64,000 nucleotides of DNA, from the NCBI GenBank assembly GCA_965215505.1, contig OZ244065.1, positions 1,120,001 to 1,184,000 on the forward strand, given 5' to 3'. The notes under the pieces are model-generated. The model was not told where the DNA came from, did not search any database, and saw only the letters and a list, made by a program, of their open reading frames with translations. The position numbers were made by a program, and so were the translations under genes. Shown here one piece after another: positions 59,826 through 64,000 of the stretch (the stretch's first letter is position 1; every line of letters starts with the position of its first letter). The DNA comes from Capsulimonadaceae bacterium. Lineage in GTDB: Bacteria > Armatimonadota > Armatimonadia > Armatimonadales > Capsulimonadaceae.

Positions 59826-61159
59826 CAGCCGTGTCCCTTCCCGTCCTGCCCCGTCCCATCCTGCGCCGTGGGGGAGAGCAGGGTCCGGCCGCCGAGGTAA
59901 GGGGCGAGTATGGCGGGCAGGGCAACGCTGCCGTCGGGCTGCTGGTAGGTTTCAAGGAGGGTCGCGACCAGGCGCGGCAGGGCGGTCCCGCTGCCGTTCA
60001 GCAGGTGCGGGAACTCGGGCTTCGCCCCTGGCTCGCGCCGGAAGCGGATACTGCCCCGGCGGGCCTGGAAGTCCTCGCAGTTGGAGCAGGACGACACCTC
60101 CAGCCACAGGTCCGCGCCGGGGGCGTGGATCTCCACGTCGTAGCACTTGGAGGCGGCGAACGAGATGTCCCCCGCCGCCAGCAGCTTGACGCGGTAGGGC
60201 AGGCCCAGGGCCTCCAGGACGTCCGTCGCGTCGGAGAGCAGCGTCTCAAGCTCGGCGTAGGAAGTCTCCGGCAGGGTGTACTTGACCATCTCCACCTTGT
60301 CGAACTGGTGGACGCGCAGCAGCCCGCGCGTGTCCTTGCCCGCCGCGCCGGCCTCGCGCCGCCAGCAGGGGGAGTAGGCCATGTAGTTCAGGGGCAGGTC
60401 GCGCCCATCCAAAATCTCCTCGCGGTGGATGTTGACCAGGGCCGGCTCGGCGGTGGGCAGGGCGAACAGGTCGTCCTCGCCGTCGTGGTACATTTCGGGC
60501 TGGAACTTGGGCAGGTGCGCGCTGGCTTGGACGCTCTCGCGGTTCAGGAAGTACGGCGTCGCCCACTCGGTGTAGCCGTGCCTGTCGCGGTGCAGGTCCA
60601 GCATGAACTGGATCAGGGCGCGCTCCAATCGCGCGCCCCAGCCTTTGTACAGCACGAAGCCGCTGCCGGACAGCTTCGTGCCACGGACGAAATCAATCAG
60701 GTCCAGGTCGGTCGCGAGGTCCCAGTGGGCCTTGGCTTCGAAGTCAAAGCTTCTCGCCTCGCCCCACGTCTTGACGATCAGGAAGTTCTCTTCGGGACCG
60801 GGCGGCGTGTCCTCGGACGGCAGGTTCGGGATGTAGAAGAGCAGGGCGTCGCGCTCGCCTTCCAGCCGCTTGGCCTCGGCGTTCAGGGCGGCGATGCGGT
60901 CCCCGAGGTCGCGCAGGCTGGCCTTGATTGCCTCGGCGTCCTCCTGCTTGCCTTCCTTCATCAGCCGCCCGATGGCCTGGCCGGAGGCCTTGGTCTGTCG
61001 GTTCAGGTCGGCCTGCAAGGCTTCCGCCTCGGACGTGGCCGCGCGCCAGCGGGCGTCGGCGTCCAGGACGGCGTCCACGGCGGCGGTGTCAGCGAGCCGG
61101 GCGGCAAGTCGTTCTTTGACCCGGTCAGGTTCAGCACGGATAAGTTTGATGTCAAGCAT
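59825..61159 (-). CDS. serS: Serine--tRNA ligase
   Basis: MLDIKLIR, IPNLP, PTAEP, RREAGAAGKDTRGLLRVHQFDKVE, EVSSCSNC, LNGSG. Confidence 0.98.
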   Translation of the reverse strand: MLDIKLIRAEPDRVKERLAARLADTAAVDAVLDADARWRAATSEAEALQADLNRQTKASGQAIGRLMKEGKQEDAEAIKASLRDLGDRIAALNAEAKRLEGERDALLFYIPNLPSEDTPPGPEENFLIVKTWGEARSFDFEAKAHWDLATDLDLIDFVRGTKLSGSGFVLYKGWGARLERALIQFMLDLHRDRHGYTEWATPYFLNRESVQASAHLPKFQPEMYHDGEDDLFALPTAEPALVNIHREEILDGRDLPLNYMAYSPCWRREAGAAGKDTRGLLRVHQFDKVEMVKYTLPETSYAELETLLSDATDVLEALGLPYRVKLLAAGDISFAASKCYDVEIHAPGADLWLEVSSCSNCEDFQARRGSIRFRREPGAKPEFPHLLNGSGTALPRLVATLLETYQQPDGSVALPAILAPYLGGRTLLSPTAQDGTGQDGKGHG

Positions 61160-61236
61160 AAAATTATTTTAGCGCAAAAATGTGGCTTTGACGGCAGGCG
61201 GCAAAAGGGTCATATGTAAGCCAAACAAAATTAACA

Positions 61237-61545
61237 TTAGGCCGCGCTCTGTTCAACCCATTCGCCGGAGGCGGAGCGCACCCAGCGCTTGGTGCCGATA
61301 GCCATCTCAGCACCAGCGTTGTGGTCAATGAACTCTAGCAGAGCAGAGGAGAACCATAGTGCGTCTGGCAGTCCTTCCAGTTGTACAGAAATCGCGTAAT
61401 CATCAACAACCTCACCGATGACTTCACATCCGGTCACGGAGGGGTGCGTTTCGCCATAAACTTGCCCTACTAATCCTGCCAAACCATGTGCAACTGTGAG
61501 AGGCGTTTTTACAACGCGCACATTATCCCCGAAGGAGATTGCCAT
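61237..61545 (-). CDS. Hypothetical protein, visibly more AT-rich, SH3-like/immunity-like
   Basis: ISFGDNVRV..GLVGQVYG..YAISV..WF..LEF. Confidence 0.7.
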   Translation of the reverse strand: MAISFGDNVRVVKTPLTVAHGLAGLVGQVYGETHPSVTGCEVIGEVVDDYAISVQLEGLPDALWFSSALLEFIDHNAGAEMAIGTKRWVRSASGEWVEQSAA

Positions 61546-61612
61546 TCTGTCTTCCGGTCTTCGTCTGAAAATAATCTGCGGCTTTAGTCACGATGATGCG
61601 ATAAGAGTTCAT
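61523..61612 (-). pseudogene. Truncated RelE/ParE-like toxin stub
   Basis: ATG overlaps the antitoxin TGA (ATGA) and reads MNSYRIIVTKAAD before losing toxin-like character; 29 codons. Confidence 0.5.
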
Positions 61613-61863
61613 GCCGGGGCGGTGCCGGAGAAACGCAGGCGACGTTCGGCCATATGTTCTTCAAAAGGCCTTTCTCTCCCTGCCTCCACGTCCTCCATCG
61701 CTTCATGGATCGCAGCAACGCCGGCCGCGTATTCCTGTTCGATCTGCGTTAAAGTTTCCACCAGCAGCCTGCTGGCGATGAGGTCCGGCTCCTGGCCGGT
61801 GCGCTGGGCGGTCCTCCGCAGGGCCGTCTCCGCCTCAGGCGCGAGTGTGATCGTCATGGTCAA
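61609..61863 (-). CDS. Putative type II antitoxin (RHH/ParD-like)
   Basis: MTITLAPEAETAL..AIHEAMEDVEAGRERPFEE. Confidence 0.7.
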   Translation of the reverse strand: MTMTITLAPEAETALRRTAQRTGQEPDLIASRLLVETLTQIEQEYAAGVAAIHEAMEDVEAGRERPFEEHMAERRLRFSGTAPA

Positions 61864-62783
61864 TCCTCCTCAGTCAATCCGTTCACCAGATGCACCAGCA
61901 GGGCGGCCATGCCCTGCAAATCGGCCACGCGGACCCGCTCGCGGGCGGTGTGCGCGCCCTTCTCGGGGGCACCGACGAACACCCAGTCAAAGGGGACGCC
62001 GCTGCGGTCAAGGGATGCGCCGTCGGAGCCGCCGCTGTCGGCGATCTCGCGCTGGAACGGCAGGCCGCTCGCCTCGGCCAGCGCCAGGATGCGGTCGAGG
62101 TAACGCTGGCGCGGCAGGCAGCTATCGCGCAGCGAGACGGCGGGGCCGCGCCCGCACCGGACGTGTTTGGTGTGCCAGGTCAGGTCGGCGACGAGGGCGC
62201 GCGTGATGCCCAGGGTTTCTGCCAGGCGGCGGGCGCAGAGCAAGGCCCCCACCCCGCGCGTCTCCTCGTAGGAGGTGAAGGCGACGGCGACGTCCGGGCA
62301 GCGGCGCAGGACTTGGAGGGCGGCCCAAACGCCCGCCCGGTTGTCGAGGTAGGGCGCGACGATCTCGCCGCCCTTTTGGACGGGCGCGGCGGCGTAGACC
62401 CAGCGCGAGCCGGGCGCGGCGGTCGTCTTGCCCCTGACTTTCCACGCGCCGTCCTTGCCCTGGGCCAGCGAGTTGACGGCGTCACGAGTCCCGGCCGGGC
62501 GAACGGGGTCGCCGGGCTTGCCGTCCGGCCCGCCGATGCGGAGGAGGCGCTTGCCGTGGTCCAGTGTCCAGCCGGTCGTGTCCAGGTGGGCGAACACGGC
62601 GACGGCGGGCCGGTCGCCGCGCCGGGCGAGGAGCGAGTCGCCTAGGCGCTCCAGATGCACGTCGGGCATTTCGCAGGCGATCCAGCGTTCCAGCCAGTCG
62701 GCGGCCTGCCCCTCGTCGCCGGAGGGGCTATCGAGTTTCAGCAGCTCCCAGAGGAGGTCAAGCGGGTAGTCGGGCGGCGTCAC
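61860..62783 (-). CDS. M42/M28-family metallopeptidase
   Basis: SPSGDE, AHLD, LDNRAG, EETRGVGA, GGSDG, AHT. Confidence 0.85.
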   Translation of the reverse strand: MTPPDYPLDLLWELLKLDSPSGDEGQAADWLERWIACEMPDVHLERLGDSLLARRGDRPAVAVFAHLDTTGWTLDHGKRLLRIGGPDGKPGDPVRPAGTRDAVNSLAQGKDGAWKVRGKTTAAPGSRWVYAAAPVQKGGEIVAPYLDNRAGVWAALQVLRRCPDVAVAFTSYEETRGVGALLCARRLAETLGITRALVADLTWHTKHVRCGRGPAVSLRDSCLPRQRYLDRILALAEASGLPFQREIADSGGSDGASLDRSGVPFDWVFVGAPEKGAHTARERVRVADLQGMAALLVHLVNGLTEED

Positions 62784-62893
62784 AGTGGGTTATTGTATCC
62801 CATCGGGGGCGGGGTTGTCAAACAGAACGCGGGCAGCGACCTCCCCCGGCCGGAGCGGGGACGTTTCTCGCCGCCTGTTTCCCCGAGGCCGGC

Positions 62894-63460
62894 TTACTTC
62901 ACGTCGATCAGCTCTACATCAAAGACCAGGGTCGAGTTCGGCGGGATGGCCGGGGTCGGCGATTGTTCGCCGTAGGCGAGGTCGGCTGGGATGACGAGGC
63001 GGCGCTTCCCGCCCACCTTCATGGTAGCGACGCCCTCATCCCAGCCCTTGATGACCCTGCCCGCGCCGACCTGGAAGGGGAAGGGGTCGGTGCCGTGGTC
63101 GTAGGACGAGTCGAACTTGGTGCCGTCGGGCAGCGCGCCCGTGTACTGCACGTCGGCGGTCTGGCCGGGGGCGGGGCTGGGGCCGGTGCCGACCTTGATG
63201 TCGTAGTATTGGAGGCCGGACGGGGTGGACTTCATCGTCACGGTCTTGCCGTCGATCTTGGTGGTGGCCGGTTTCTTGGAGATGTCGGCGGTCGGCGGCG
63301 CGGGGGCGGTGGTGGAGGTGCTTGCTGGGGCCGCAGGGGCGGTGCCGGTGTCGCCGGCGGATGCCGCCGGGGCCGAGCCGTTGTCTTTATTGCCGCATCC
63401 TGGCGCGGCGAGCAGCAGCGCTCCGGCGGCCAGCACGAGCGCCTTCGTCGTGAACTTCAT
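62894..63460 (-). CDS. FKBP-type peptidyl-prolyl isomerase (lipoprotein)
   Basis: Lipobox-like [37 protein letters not shown]. Confidence 0.95.
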   Translation of the reverse strand: MKFTTKALVLAAGALLLAAPGCGNKDNGSAPAASAGDTGTAPAAPASTSTTAPAPPTADISKKPATTKIDGKTVTMKSTPSGLQYYDIKVGTGPSPAPGQTADVQYTGALPDGTKFDSSYDHGTDPFPFQVGAGRVIKGWDEGVATMKVGGKRRLVIPADLAYGEQSPTPAIPPNSTLVFDVELIDVK

Positions 63461-63538
63461 GGGTCAGATCCTCCTGAGATCGCCTTCCATTGTACCTGAG
63501 AAGCAGGGAGTTTGCCCGCGCCCGGTGAACAGAGGGGC

Positions 63539-64000
63539 ATGAACCTTGCACGATGGAACGCGGCCATTTTGATCGCCGCCGCTATTATCCCGATCTCGGC
63601 CCAGGCGCAGGGGACGCCGCGCGTCGGGTCCCCGGACACGGCGACGGCCGAGCCGCCGGTTTCGCGGCCACGGACGCAGCCGGTTAAGGTGTCACTGTTC
63701 CGGGACACGGCGTTCACGGACTTCTCCCCGAAGACGTTCCACTGCATCCCGCCGCCCGGCGGGGCGCGGCGCTGGGCGAAGATCGTCCTCGTGGCCGACT
63801 TCCTGGTCACGCCGGGCCGCCAGTTCGACCGGACGGCGCGGATCAGCGTCGGCCACACGAATGTCTACTTCGGCACCACGATGGAGCCTTCGCGCCTCGT
63901 CGGCCCCACCTGGCATGTCGAGCGGGACGTGACTGACGACAGCGCCCTGTTCCGGTCGCCTCAGACGGGCGGCGTGATCATCGGCAACATCGTAAACGGG
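63539..64000 (+). CDS. Peptide-N4-(N-acetyl-beta-glucosaminyl)asparagine amidase A (PNGase A-like), 3' end runs off the window
   Basis: Not in the ORF track; hand translation gives a signal peptide, WAKIVL, GRQFDRT, YFGTTMEP, WHVERDVTD. Confidence 0.8.
   Translation, partial: MNLARWNAAILIAAAIIPISAQAQGTPRVGSPDTATAEPPVSRPRTQPVKVSLFRDTAFTDFSPKTFHCIPPPGGARRWAKIVLVADFLVTPGRQFDRTARISVGHTNVYFGTTMEPSRLVGPTWHVERDVTDDSALFRSPQTGGVIIGNIVNG

Overview
GC-rich bacterial chromosomal window, probably Armatimonadota (inferred from a DUF1559/H-X9-DG prepilin-like gene, a PEP-CTERM-type gene and overall gene style; not verified). It mixes housekeeping genes (purM, ubiX, serS, nnrD, tRNA-fMet, tRNA-Gln, an ECF sigma/anti-sigma/HtrA operon) with accessory content: a CzcCBA-type metal RND pump, fur-katG, a polysaccharide cluster, secreted glycan-active proteins, a PAS/RsbT-like + PAS/PP2C pair, and several defence or toxin-antitoxin-like genes and relics. 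I found no CRISPR array, rRNA, integrase or transposase. The best candidate for an undescribed system is at 32496-34667. A Cys-rich membrane leader ORF ends in PPTPPP, and its last codons are exactly complementary to the Shine-Dalgarno of a downstream Cys/His-rich DUF1559 pilin-like gene. This suggests metal-responsive ribosome-stalling control (CruR/CutF-like) of a pilin-like protein. Other notable signals: an intergenic 5x11-bp plus 5x23-bp iteron-like array (2152-2322), a HEPN two-gene module, a class III cyclase-NB-ARC fusion, a DUF4365 gene broken by one in-frame TAG, a ParE-like stub interrupted by a foreign gene, a tRNA-linked HNH nuclease, and many apparently leaderless genes. All family assignments come from motif recognition by eye; no searches were run.
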